Source: an uncultured Bacillota bacterium
GTDB lineage: Bacteria; Sysuimicrobiota; Sysuimicrobiia; Sysuimicrobiales; Segetimicrobiaceae
Assembly (NCBI GenBank): GCA_963804645.1
Contig: CAWDRG010000009.1
Coordinates: forward strand, 1,312,001-1,376,000
Direction of reading: 5' to 3'
Length of the DNA: 64,000 nt
The notes beneath the pieces are model-generated. The model made no database searches and was not told the DNA's origin. It saw nothing but the letters and a program-made list of their open reading frames with translations. Of the stretch, positions 10,098 through 19,144 are shown in pieces (positions within the stretch are counted from its first letter, which is position 1; each line of letters starts with the position of its first letter). A program made the position numbers and the translations under genes.

Positions 10098-10463
10098 GTG
10101 GTCAATCCGAAGCTTCGGGGCCCGCTCGCCGATTCGTTGTTTCGCGCGGTGCTGCAACTGCGCACCGTGGACGAATGCTACCGCTTCTTTGAGGACCTGT
10201 GTACGATCGGGGAGGTCCAGGCGCTGGCCCAGCGGTTCGCGGTCGCTCGGATGCTGGACCAGGGAAAGACCTACCAGGACATCGAGGCGCGCACCGGCGC
10301 GTCGTCGGCGACGATCAGCCGCGTGCGCCGGTTCCTTACCTACGGCGCGGACGGATATGCCCTCGTGCTCGGACGCCTGGGGCGCACCGAGCGCGTGGCC
10401 CGCGCGCGCCGCACGACGCGCGGCGATGCGCGCCGCAACGGCGGGCGGTCCGGGCATGCCTGA
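10098..10463 (+). CDS. hisR: YerC/YecD family TrpR-like regulator (HisR)
   Basis: ECYRFFEDLCTIGE..AQRF.VA..L..GKTY..I...TGASSATISRVRR.L.YG signature; HisR-type operator found upstream of the his operon. Confidence 0.88.
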   Translation: MVNPKLRGPLADSLFRAVLQLRTVDECYRFFEDLCTIGEVQALAQRFAVARMLDQGKTYQDIEARTGASSATISRVRRFLTYGADGYALVLGRLGRTERVARARRTTRGDARRNGGRSGHA

Positions 10464-10935
10464 GCCGTTCCGCCGGCCGGCCGCCGTCGGTCTCGTCGCC
10501 GCGATCGTGACTCTGTGTCTGCTGGCCGCGGCCGCGGCCGCGCAGACGCTGGACGATCGCGTGTACGCGGTGGCCCGTCAGCTGCTCTGTCCCGTGTGCC
10601 AGGGCCAGACCGTCGCCGAGAGCGATGCGACGGTGGCCCAGGAGATGCGCGGAATTATCCGCCAGAAGCTCCAGGCCGGCGAGACGCCGGACCAGATCCT
10701 TCAGTATTTCGTCGGTCAGTTCGGCGACAGCATCCTGGCGGAGCCGCCCAGGCGGGGCGTGTCGTGGCTGCTGTATCTCGGCCCGCTGGCCGCGCTGCTC
10801 GTCGGGCTCGGCATTGCCGCGGTGGTGATTCGACGGTGGGCCGGCCGCCGCGTCGAGCCCGCCGCGACCACGGCGGCACCGGACCCCTCCGATCTCGCGC
10901 GGCTCGCCCGCGAGCTCGACGCGCGCGACCGCTGA
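10456..10935 (+). CDS. ccmH: cytochrome c-type biogenesis protein CcmH/CycL
   Basis: Signal peptide, LLCPVCQGQTVAES CxxC motif, YFVGQFGDSIL, C-terminal TM helix. Confidence 0.85.
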   Translation: MPEPFRRPAAVGLVAAIVTLCLLAAAAAAQTLDDRVYAVARQLLCPVCQGQTVAESDATVAQEMRGIIRQKLQAGETPDQILQYFVGQFGDSILAEPPRRGVSWLLYLGPLAALLVGLGIAAVVIRRWAGRRVEPAATTAAPDPSDLARLARELDARDR

Positions 10936-10954
10936 TCTCTGCGCCGGCGCCCGG

Positions 10955-11476
10955 CTAGTATTTCACCAGCGGAATCTGCTTCATGGCGTCAAAGTTGACG
11001 ATCGCGTACGCCTTGTTCTCGAGCTGATAGTAGCGCGCCACCTTCTTCTCTGGAATGACGGCCTCGAACTTCGGCATATAGGACTGCAGCAGTTGCGCGC
11101 GCTGGATCTGGATCGCGAGAAAGTCCTGCGTGAGCCGCTTCGCGGTGGCGTCGGGCAGGGTCTGGTAGTTGGCCGCGTATTCTTGGGCGTCGGCGGCGAG
11201 GCGGTCGCCGAGCGCGACCAGGCCCTTCTGCAGCGAGTCGTACACCGGCCAGAACGCCGTGGCCTCCGACTGCGTGAGCTGCATGTTCTGCGCGACGAAC
11301 GACTTCTTGTCGGCCTGGATCTGCTGGCGCACGATGTCCATGTTGTTCGCCGGCGCGTTGCCGGGATTGCTCGCCGGCGGGGTCTGCTGGGCGTTCTGCG
11401 ACCGCGCGGGGCCGGCGAACACGGCCATGCTGCAGATCAGCGCCACGACGAGCAACAGCGTTCCACTTGTCTTCAT
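10955..11476 (-). CDS. secreted helical hypothetical protein
   Basis: GGAGG SD, Sec signal peptide MKTSGTLLLVVALICSMAVFAGPARS, LTQSEATAFWPVY motif. Confidence 0.8.
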   Translation of the reverse strand: MKTSGTLLLVVALICSMAVFAGPARSQNAQQTPPASNPGNAPANNMDIVRQQIQADKKSFVAQNMQLTQSEATAFWPVYDSLQKGLVALGDRLAADAQEYAANYQTLPDATAKRLTQDFLAIQIQRAQLLQSYMPKFEAVIPEKKVARYYQLENKAYAIVNFDAMKQIPLVKY

Positions 11477-11574
11477 TCCGATCGTCCTCCTGGGATGCGT
11501 GATGGGGCGTGCCGGAGCGGACCATTCCGTGCCGGCTCGGGAAAGCCCTCCCGCGTGCACGCCGCCCGCCGGCG

Positions 11575-11603
11575 TTGACGGTGACGCCTCAGTATGCTAC
11601 CAT
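11575..11603 (+). promoter_or_regulatory. sigma70 promoter of the his operon
   Basis: TTGACG-17 bp-TACCAT with extended TG. Confidence 0.7.
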
Positions 11604-11626
11604 AAGCCGCGTCTTTGATACTGTAG

Positions 11627-11646
11627 TGCTTTATCCGACTAAAGTA
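11627..11646. promoter_or_regulatory. HisR operator palindrome
   Basis: TGCTTTA-TCCGAC-TAAAGTA closely matches the HisR consensus YACTTTANYNNRNTAAAGTR; lies just downstream of the promoter. Confidence 0.8.
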
Positions 11647-11703
11647 CACGACCCCACGGCACGGTGCGCCGCGCCGGGTACCGGAAGAGAGGGAGCGCGT
11701 CCG

Positions 11704-12975
11704 ATGCGCCTAGAGCGCTGGCAGCAGATTCCGACGGGCACGCGCGACCTGCTTCCCGACGAGACCGCGCGGGTGCGTCAGGTGGCGACCGGGGTGCTCG
11801 AGCGCATGCGCCGGTGGGGGTACCGCGAGGTGACCACCCCGACGCTCGAATACCTCGACGTGCTGGTCTGGGGTGAGGGGAGCGCGGCCGGGGATCAGTT
11901 GTTCAAGCTCGTGGACCGGGGCGGCGAGATCCTTGCGCTGCGTCCGGAGATGACCACGTCCGTCGCCCGGCTCGTGGCGACGCGGCTGCGGTCGGCGCCC
12001 CTGCCGCTCCGCCTCGCGTACGCGGGACAGGTGTTTCGCTGGCGCGAGGCGGGGTCCGGGCGCCTGCGGGAGTTTCCCCAGGTGGGCTGTGAGTTGATCG
12101 GGGCGGGCACCCTCGAGGCCGACGCGGAGATCGTGGCGCTCGCGGTCGAGGCGCTCGCGGCGGCTGGGGTGGGCCAGTTCTCGATCAGCCTCGGACACGT
12201 CGGGTTTCTTCGCGCCCTGCTCGCCGGGCTGCACCTGCCGGAGTCCGAGCTGGAGGATGCGCAGGCGCTCCTCTACCAGAAGGACTTCGTGGGGCTCCGT
12301 GCCCTGCTCGAACGGCACCACGCCGACGCGTCGCACGTGAACGCGCTGCTCGCCCTGCCCACGCTGCGGGGGCCGGCGGCCCTCGAGGAAGCGCGGCGCC
12401 TCGTGGATGCGCCGGAAGTCCAGGCCGTGCTGAGCGACCTCGCCGGACTCGAGCGGATGCTGCGTGCCTACGGCGTGTGGGACGCCGTCACGGTCGACCT
12501 CAGCATCATCCGCGACTTCGAGTACTACACGGGGATCGTGTTCGAGGGACACACGGCCGCGCTTGGGGTCCCGCTGCTCGGCGGCGGCCGGTACGACCGG
12601 CTGCTCGAGCGCTTCGGCGTGTCCTGGCCGGCGACGGGATTCGCCGTGCGCGTCGAACGCGTGCTGTCGGCCGACGAGAGCGGTGCGGGCGGCTGGGCGC
12701 CGGACGCGGTCGTCGCGTTCGAGAACGGCAGCCGCGACGCGGCGCTGGCGTGCGCGCGCGCGCTGCGGGACCGAGGGCTGACCGTCGCCGTGGAAGTGCA
12801 GGGACGCACGTGGGACGATGTCGCGGATGAGGCGCTGGCCCGCGGGACGGGCCGCGCGCTGCTGGTGCGGGGTCAGACGGTCGTCGTCCGCGAACGCGGC
12901 GGCGAGGAACGGACCGTGGCGCTCGAAGACGTGACGCGAGGACACGGAGAGGAGGACGCACGATGGAGACGGTGA
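11704..12975 (+). CDS. hisZ: ATP phosphoribosyltransferase regulatory subunit
   Basis: IPTGTRD, LRPEMT, REFPQVGCELIG, YYTGIVF and GGGRYD HisRS-like motifs; precedes short hisG. Confidence 0.93.
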   Translation: MRLERWQQIPTGTRDLLPDETARVRQVATGVLERMRRWGYREVTTPTLEYLDVLVWGEGSAAGDQLFKLVDRGGEILALRPEMTTSVARLVATRLRSAPLPLRLAYAGQVFRWREAGSGRLREFPQVGCELIGAGTLEADAEIVALAVEALAAAGVGQFSISLGHVGFLRALLAGLHLPESELEDAQALLYQKDFVGLRALLERHHADASHVNALLALPTLRGPAALEEARRLVDAPEVQAVLSDLAGLERMLRAYGVWDAVTVDLSIIRDFEYYTGIVFEGHTAALGVPLLGGGRYDRLLERFGVSWPATGFAVRVERVLSADESGAGGWAPDAVVAFENGSRDAALACARALRDRGLTVAVEVQGRTWDDVADEALARGTGRALLVRGQTVVVRERGGEERTVALEDVTRGHGEEDARWRR

Positions 12976-13619
12976 CGATCGCGATTCCATCCGGACGCCT
13001 GCTGGAGGGCACGCTGCAGACGCTCGAGACCGCGGGCTACTTCGCGCCCGGCGAGTGGCGCACGACGCGGCGGCTCATCCTGCCGAGCACCGACGGCGCG
13101 ATCCGGTGCCTCATCGCCAAGCCCGTCGATCTGCTGACCTACGTCGAGTACGGCGCGTCGGATCTGGGTGTCGCCGGGAAGGACACGTTGCTCGAGCAGG
13201 CGCAGGACGTCTACGAGCTCGTGGATCTCGGCTTCGGCTTCTGCCGCGGCATCGTCGCGTTTCCCGCCGCCACCGCGGCGGGGTGGGAAGCCAAGAGCCC
13301 GCTGCGGATCGCCACGAAGTACCCGCACGTAACGGAGCGGTACTTCTGGAGCCAGGGCCGCCCGGTCGAGATCATCGCCATGCACGGGAGCGTCGAGCTC
13401 GCCCCGCAGGTCGGGCTCGCGGACGGGATCATGGATCTGGTGATGACGGGGCGCACGCTCGCGGAGAATCAGCTCGTGGAGGTCGCGGAGCTGTTTCGCT
13501 CCACCGCGCGCCTCGTCGTCAACCGCGTGAGCCTGCGCAGCCGCGCGGAGGCGGTGCAGGCCGTCGTCCAGCGCCTCCGCGCCGCGGTGGCGCAGCGCGC
13601 CGCCGTGACCTCCGGGTAG
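12963..13619 (+). CDS. hisG: ATP phosphoribosyltransferase (short form)
   Basis: DLGVAGKD, RIATKYP and GSVELAP..GLADGI.DLV.TG.TL motifs. Confidence 0.95.
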   Translation: METVTIAIPSGRLLEGTLQTLETAGYFAPGEWRTTRRLILPSTDGAIRCLIAKPVDLLTYVEYGASDLGVAGKDTLLEQAQDVYELVDLGFGFCRGIVAFPAATAAGWEAKSPLRIATKYPHVTERYFWSQGRPVEIIAMHGSVELAPQVGLADGIMDLVMTGRTLAENQLVEVAELFRSTARLVVNRVSLRSRAEAVQAVVQRLRAAVAQRAAVTSG

Positions 13620-13635
13620 CGGGGGAGGGCCGCGC

Positions 13636-14943
13636 ATGGACGTCATGAAGCTGCACGAAATATCGCCGGAACGGCTGCGGCGGATGCTGCGCCGGTCGGG
13701 GGCCGAAGTGTTCGGCCCCGAGCTGGTCGCGCACGTGCGCGGCATCATGGAAGACGTCCAGCGTCGCGGGGATCAGGCGATCGTCGAGTGCACGCAGCGG
13801 TACGACGGCGTCGAGCTGACCGCGGACCGTCTGCGCGTCGGCCCCGACGAGATCCGGGCGGCGCACGCCGAGGTGGACGACGGCCTCCGGACGGCGCTTG
13901 CGACGAGCATCGAATGCGCCCGCCGCTACAGCGAGTGGCTGCGTCCGCCCGCGCTTTCGCTCGACGAACTCGCGCCGGGCACCACGGTCGGCGTCAAGTG
14001 GACGCCGGTCGAGAGCGTCGGCCTCTACATCCCGAGCGGCAAGGGGGCGTTTCCGTCGACGCTCATCACCATGGCCACGCCTGCGGTGGTCGCGGGGGTG
14101 GACGAGATCGCGGTGCTGGTGCCGCCGCGCAAGGACGGCACCGCGGATCCCGCCCTGCTGGTAGCGGCGGATCTGCTCGGACTCACGCAGGTGTTTCGGT
14201 GCAACGGCGTGGCGGGCATCGCGGGGCTGGCGTTCGGGACGGCCACGCTCCCCGCGGTCCGGCTGCTCGGCGGTCCGGGGAACCCGTACGTCACCGCCGC
14301 GCAGATCGCGGCCCAGGCGTCCGGCGTGCGGCTGCTCGCGGTGCTGGGTCCGACCGAGTCGATGATTCTGGCCGACGAGGGGGCGGATCCGGCGCGCGCG
14401 GCGCTCGATCTCATCAACGAGGCCGAGCACGGCAAGGACTCGGCGGCGATTCTCGTCACGCCGTCGGCGGCGCTCGCCGAGGAGGTGCAGGCGGCGCTGC
14501 CGCGCTATCTCGCGCAGCTCCCCGCCTGGCGGCGCGAGTTTGCCGAGGCCGCGATGAGCGACTACGGCGGCGCGGTCGTGACGCGGACGCTCGAGGAAGC
14601 CATCGGGTTCGTGAACCTGTACGCGCCCGAGCACCTGCAGATCGCGACCCGCGACCCGTTCGCGACGCTGCTCCAGATTCGCAACGCCGGCGAGGTGTTG
14701 GTCGGGCAAGACACCCCGTTTTCCGCGGGGAACTACGCCCTCGGCGTGCCGGCGGCTCTGCCGACCGGAGGCGCCGCGCGGGTCGGCTCGGGCGTGACGG
14801 TGCTGAGCTTTCTCAAGGCGACGTCGGTCGCGCATCTCGACGCGCGCGGCCTCGCCGCGGCCCGTCCGGTCGTCGAGCGCCTGGGGCGCTACGAGGATTT
14901 CCCGGCGCACGTGCTCGCCGTGACGGCGCGGGGCGAGCAATGA
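13636..14943 (+). CDS. hisD: histidinol dehydrogenase (divergent Zn ligands)
   Basis: VGLYIPSG, GPGNPYV, GPTE, AEH and APEHL motifs; position within the his operon. Confidence 0.88.
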   Translation: MDVMKLHEISPERLRRMLRRSGAEVFGPELVAHVRGIMEDVQRRGDQAIVECTQRYDGVELTADRLRVGPDEIRAAHAEVDDGLRTALATSIECARRYSEWLRPPALSLDELAPGTTVGVKWTPVESVGLYIPSGKGAFPSTLITMATPAVVAGVDEIAVLVPPRKDGTADPALLVAADLLGLTQVFRCNGVAGIAGLAFGTATLPAVRLLGGPGNPYVTAAQIAAQASGVRLLAVLGPTESMILADEGADPARAALDLINEAEHGKDSAAILVTPSAALAEEVQAALPRYLAQLPAWRREFAEAAMSDYGGAVVTRTLEEAIGFVNLYAPEHLQIATRDPFATLLQIRNAGEVLVGQDTPFSAGNYALGVPAALPTGGAARVGSGVTVLSFLKATSVAHLDARGLAAARPVVERLGRYEDFPAHVLAVTARGEQ

Positions 14944-15530
14944 GCCGCGAGGGCCGCGCGCTCCGGGCCACGGGGGAAACGCGGGTCGAGGCGGCGTGGG
15001 TGGTCGACGGAACGGGCCGGGCCGACATCTCGACCGGCGTGGCGTTCTTCGACCACATGCTCGCCCAGGTCGCGCGCCACGGCCGGTTCGACGTGTCGGT
15101 CGCGGCGACCGGGGACCTCGCGATCGATGCCCACCACACCGTGGAGGACGTCGGCATCGCGCTCGGCCGCGCCCTTCGCGGGGCGCTCGGGGACGGCGCG
15201 GGCATCCGCCGCTACGCGTCCGCGTACGCGCCCCTCGACGAGGCGCTGGTGCTCGCGGTCGTTGACGTGAGCGGACGACCGTTCCTCCACTACGCCGTGC
15301 CGGTGCCCCGCCAGCGCCTCGGCGCGTACGACACCGACCTGACGGAGGAGTTTTTCCGGGCGCTGGCCATGCACGCGGGGATTACGCTGCACGTGATGCT
15401 GAGCCACGGACGGAACGCGCACCACATCGTGGAGGCGGCGTTCAAGGCCTTCGCGCTCGCCCTCGACCGCGCGACGGAGCTCGACCCGCGGATCACGGAC
15501 GTGCCGTCGACGAAGGGGACGCTCGCGTGA
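14940..15530 (+). CDS. hisB: imidazoleglycerol-phosphate dehydratase (monofunctional)
   Basis: FFDHML, DAHHTVED and NAHHIVEAAFKA motifs. Confidence 0.96.
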   Translation: MSREGRALRATGETRVEAAWVVDGTGRADISTGVAFFDHMLAQVARHGRFDVSVAATGDLAIDAHHTVEDVGIALGRALRGALGDGAGIRRYASAYAPLDEALVLAVVDVSGRPFLHYAVPVPRQRLGAYDTDLTEEFFRALAMHAGITLHVMLSHGRNAHHIVEAAFKAFALALDRATELDPRITDVPSTKGTLA

Positions 15531-16153
15531 TCGCGATCACCGACTACGGCGCGGGTAATCTCCACAGCATCCGCCAGGCGCTGGTGCGCCAGGGACTGGA
15601 CGCGAGGGTGACGGCGGACCCGGGCGCGCTCGACGAGGCGGCCGCGGTCGTCGTGCCGGGGGACGGGGCGTTCGGCCCGGCGATCGAGCGCCTAGAAGCC
15701 CTGGGGTGGGCCGAGCGCATTCGCGCGTTCGTGGGCTCGGGGCGTCCGCTGCTCGGGATCTGCCTCGGGATGCAGCTCCTGTTTGACGAGAGCGAGGAGG
15801 ACGGGGTGTATCGGGGCCTCGGCGTGCTGCGCGGCCGCGTCGTGCGGCTGCCGGACCGCGTCAAGGTGCCGCACATGGGCTGGAACCAGCTGCGCGTGCT
15901 CCGCCCGTCGCCGCTGCTCGACGGGGTCGCGTCGGGCGCCTACGTGTACTTCGTCCACTCGTACTACGCGGAGCCCGACGATCCCGAGGTGATCGCGGCG
16001 ACCACGACCTACGGGGGCGAGCTGGCCGCGGTGGTCGGCCGCGGCAACGTGTGGGCGACCCAGTTTCACCCGGAGAAGTCGGGCACGGTCGGCGTGCGGA
16101 TGATCGAGAGCTTCGCGAGGTGGGCGGTCGGTGCTGGTACTCCCCGCGGTTGA
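15527..16153 (+). CDS. hisH: imidazole glycerol phosphate synthase glutaminase subunit
   Basis: DYGAGN, GICLGMQ, PHMGWN and QFHPEKS motifs. Confidence 0.96.
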   Translation: MIAITDYGAGNLHSIRQALVRQGLDARVTADPGALDEAAAVVVPGDGAFGPAIERLEALGWAERIRAFVGSGRPLLGICLGMQLLFDESEEDGVYRGLGVLRGRVVRLPDRVKVPHMGWNQLRVLRPSPLLDGVASGAYVYFVHSYYAEPDDPEVIAATTTYGGELAAVVGRGNVWATQFHPEKSGTVGVRMIESFARWAVGAGTPRG

Positions 16154-16853
16154 CATCCGGGGCGGCCGCTGCGTGCGCCTCGTCCAGGGCGTCCGGGACC
16201 AGGAGCGCGTCTACGGCGACGATCCCGTCGCGGCCGCGCTCCGGTGGCAGGACGCCGGCGCCGCCTGGGTACACGTGGTCGATCTGGACGGCGCGTTCGA
16301 CGGCCGGCCGCGCAACGACGCGGTGATCGCGCGGATGATCGCCGCACTCCGGGTTCCCGTCGAGGTCGGGGGCGGCATCCGCGATCTCGAGACGATTCGA
16401 CGCTACCTCGACGCGGGCGCGGCGCGGGTGATCCTCGGCACCGCGGCGGCCTCGGCGCCCGAGGTGCTGCGGGACGCGTGTGTCGCGTTCGGCGACCGGG
16501 TCGCGGTGGGGATCGATGCGCGCGGCGGCGCGGTCGTGACCGAGGGATGGGTGACGTCGACCGGCGAGCCGGCGCTCTCGGCGGCGTCGCGCGTCGTCGC
16601 GAGCGGTGCGCGCCGGATCATCTACACCGACACAAGCCGGGACGGCATGCTCGCCGGCCCGAACCTCGCCGCCTTCGAGGCGATGCTCCGGGTCGCGTCG
16701 GTGCCTGTCATCGCGTCCGGCGGCGTGGCGTCGGCCGACGACGTGCGCCGCCTGCGGGCGCTGGCATCCGCCGGGCTCGAGGGCGTCATCGTGGGGCGCG
16801 CCCTGTACGAGGCGCGCGTGACACTCGAGGACCTGCTCGAGGCGGCGGCCTGA
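16131..16853 (+). CDS. hisA: ProFAR isomerase
   Basis: [28 protein letters not shown] and YTD..RDG motifs. Confidence 0.96.
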   Translation: MLVLPAVDIRGGRCVRLVQGVRDQERVYGDDPVAAALRWQDAGAAWVHVVDLDGAFDGRPRNDAVIARMIAALRVPVEVGGGIRDLETIRRYLDAGAARVILGTAAASAPEVLRDACVAFGDRVAVGIDARGGAVVTEGWVTSTGEPALSAASRVVASGARRIIYTDTSRDGMLAGPNLAAFEAMLRVASVPVIASGGVASADDVRRLRALASAGLEGVIVGRALYEARVTLEDLLEAAA

Positions 16854-16856
16854 CGG

Positions 16857-17633
16857 ATGCTGGCGCGCCGCGTGATCCCGTGTCTCGACGTCGCCGACGG
16901 CCGCGTCGTCAAGGGGATTCGCTTCGTGAACCTCCGCGATGCCGGCGATCCGGTGGAACTCGCGGTGCAGTACGACCGCGAGGGCGCGGATGAACTCGTG
17001 TTCCTGGACATCACCGCGAGCCACGAGCGCCGGGGAATCATGGAGGACGTGGTCCGGCGGACGGCCGAGGTGCTGACGATCCCCTTCACGGTCGGCGGCG
17101 GCCTCCGTTCCGTGGAGGATCTTCGCCGGATGCTGCTCGCCGGCGCGGACAAGGTCGGGCTCAATACCGCCGCGGTCGAGCGGCCGGATGTGATCCGGGA
17201 GGCCGCGCGCCAGTTCGGCAGCCAGTGCGTCGTCGTGGCGATCGACGCCAAGCGCGCGGGAGCCGGCCGGTGGGAGGTGTACGTCCACGGCGGCCGGACG
17301 CCGACGGGGGTGGACGCGGTGGAGTGGGCGCGGCGGGCGGCCGCGCTCGGGGCGGGCGAGTTGCTGCTGACGAGCATGGATGAGGACGGCCGCGCGGACG
17401 GCTACGATCTCGAGCTGACCCGTGCCGTCACGCAGGCGGTCCGGGTCCCGGTGATCGCGTCCGGCGGTGCCGGCACCCCGCAGCATCTGCTCGATGCGAT
17501 CCAGCAGGCGGATGCGGACGCGGTGCTCGCCGCCTCGATCTTTCACTTCGGGACGTACCGCATCGCCTCGGTCAAGGAGTTCATAGCGGCCCACGGGGTC
17601 CCCGTGCGCCCGGTGGAGGGAGCGAGGCCATGA
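16857..17633 (+). CDS. hisF: imidazole glycerol phosphate synthase cyclase subunit
   Basis: [19 protein letters not shown] and ASGGAG motifs. Confidence 0.97.
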   Translation: MLARRVIPCLDVADGRVVKGIRFVNLRDAGDPVELAVQYDREGADELVFLDITASHERRGIMEDVVRRTAEVLTIPFTVGGGLRSVEDLRRMLLAGADKVGLNTAAVERPDVIREAARQFGSQCVVVAIDAKRAGAGRWEVYVHGGRTPTGVDAVEWARRAAALGAGELLLTSMDEDGRADGYDLELTRAVTQAVRVPVIASGGAGTPQHLLDAIQQADADAVLAASIFHFGTYRIASVKEFIAAHGVPVRPVEGARP

Positions 17634-18295
17634 GCACCGCGGAGACCGTGACGTTCGACGCGTCGGGGCTGATCACGGCAGTCGCGCAGGACGCGTCAAC
17701 CGGCGCCGTGCTGATGGTGGCCCACATGAACCGTGAGGCGCTCGAGCGGACGCTGGCGACCGGGCAGGCATGGTACTGGAGCCGCAGCCGGCGCCGGCTG
17801 TGGCGCAAGGGGGAGGAGTCCGGGCACACTCAGCGGGTCCGGAGCGTCCGCATGGACTGCGACGGGGACGCGCTCGTCCTCACGGTCGACCAGGTCGGTC
17901 CGGCCTGCCACACCGGCCATCCGACGTGCTTCTATAGAAGCATCACGATCGAGGGGACCGAGATCCGCGTCGGCGACGCCCCGCCGGCCGCCGACGCCCG
18001 AGCGTCGGAGGGCGGGCCGGCGGTCCTGCGCGAGGTGGCGGCGGTCCTCGCCGAGCGGCGGCGGGCGCCCCGTCCCGGTTCGTACGTCTCCGGGCTGTTT
18101 GCTGAGGGGCTGGCCCGCCTCAACGAGAAAGTCATGGAGGAGGCCGCCGAGGTCGCGCGGGCGGCGCGGAAGGAGACACCCGATCGTCTCGTCGAGGAGA
18201 CGGCCGATCTCTGGTTCCACAGCCTGGCGCTGCTTGTGCACCAGGGGGTCGACCCCGCCATGGTGTTCGACGAGCTTGCGCGGCGGCGCCGCTGA
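17630..18295 (+). CDS. hisIE: bifunctional PR-AMP cyclohydrolase / PR-ATP pyrophosphatase
   Basis: [21 protein letters not shown] and KV.EEA.E motifs. Confidence 0.95.
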   Translation: MSTAETVTFDASGLITAVAQDASTGAVLMVAHMNREALERTLATGQAWYWSRSRRRLWRKGEESGHTQRVRSVRMDCDGDALVLTVDQVGPACHTGHPTCFYRSITIEGTEIRVGDAPPAADARASEGGPAVLREVAAVLAERRRAPRPGSYVSGLFAEGLARLNEKVMEEAAEVARAARKETPDRLVEETADLWFHSLALLVHQGVDPAMVFDELARRRR

Positions 18296-18367
18296 GCACG
18301 CCCACGTGACCAGGCCGCGGTCCCGGATCCTGCCGCCAGCGGCGCGGGGCGCCGGACGAGCCCGGTG

Positions 18368-19102
18368 ATGCGGTACGCCATCTTCTCCGATGTGCACGCC
18401 AACCTCACCGCGCTCGACGCGGTGCTCGCGGATGCCGAGGGGCGCCGGCCCGACGCGTATCTGTGCCTCGGCGACGTCGTCGGCTACGGACCCGATCCGA
18501 ATGAGTGCGTCGCGCGGGTGCGGGCCCTCGGGGCCGAGACGGTCGCGGGGAATCACGACCGGGCCGCCGTCGGGGACGCCGATCTCAACACGTTCACCCC
18601 GCTCGCGCGCGCAGCGATCGAGTGGACGCAGCACGCCCTGACACCCGCGACCCGGGCCTGGCTGGCGGCGCTCCCACTGCGTGTGCGCTGGAACGGGTGT
18701 CTCGCCGTCCACGGCAGTCCGCGCGACCCGATTTCGGAGTACATTTTCGATCTGCCGACCGCGCTCGCGAACTTCACCGCCGCCTCGTTTGCGCGGTGCT
18801 TCGTGGGACATACGCACGCGCCGGGCGTCTTCATGCTCGAGCGCGACGGCCGCGTCGCCGCGGCCGGGCTGCCCGACGGGCCGCCGGTGCCGCTGAGTCC
18901 GGACGCGCGCTACATCGTCAACGTCGGGAGTGTCGGTCAGCCGCGGGACGGCGATCCTCGGGCCGCGTACGTGCTCTTCGAAACGGAGCCGGAGACCCTC
19001 ACCCTCGTGCGCGTGGCCTATTCGGTGGCGTTCACGCAGGCGAAGATGCGGGCCGCCGGACTGCCGGAAGACCTCGCCGGCCGCCTGCGACTCGGCCGGT
19101 AG
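18368..19102 (+). CDS. metallophosphoesterase family protein
   Basis: SDVHAN, GDVVGYG, GNHD, GHTH and NVGSVGQPRDG motifs. Confidence 0.9.
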   Translation: MRYAIFSDVHANLTALDAVLADAEGRRPDAYLCLGDVVGYGPDPNECVARVRALGAETVAGNHDRAAVGDADLNTFTPLARAAIEWTQHALTPATRAWLAALPLRVRWNGCLAVHGSPRDPISEYIFDLPTALANFTAASFARCFVGHTHAPGVFMLERDGRVAAAGLPDGPPVPLSPDARYIVNVGSVGQPRDGDPRAAYVLFETEPETLTLVRVAYSVAFTQAKMRAAGLPEDLAGRLRLGR

Positions 19103-19144
19103 GGTCTCCGCGGCCGGCGGCGCCGGCGTGCCTCGTGTCTTGTC

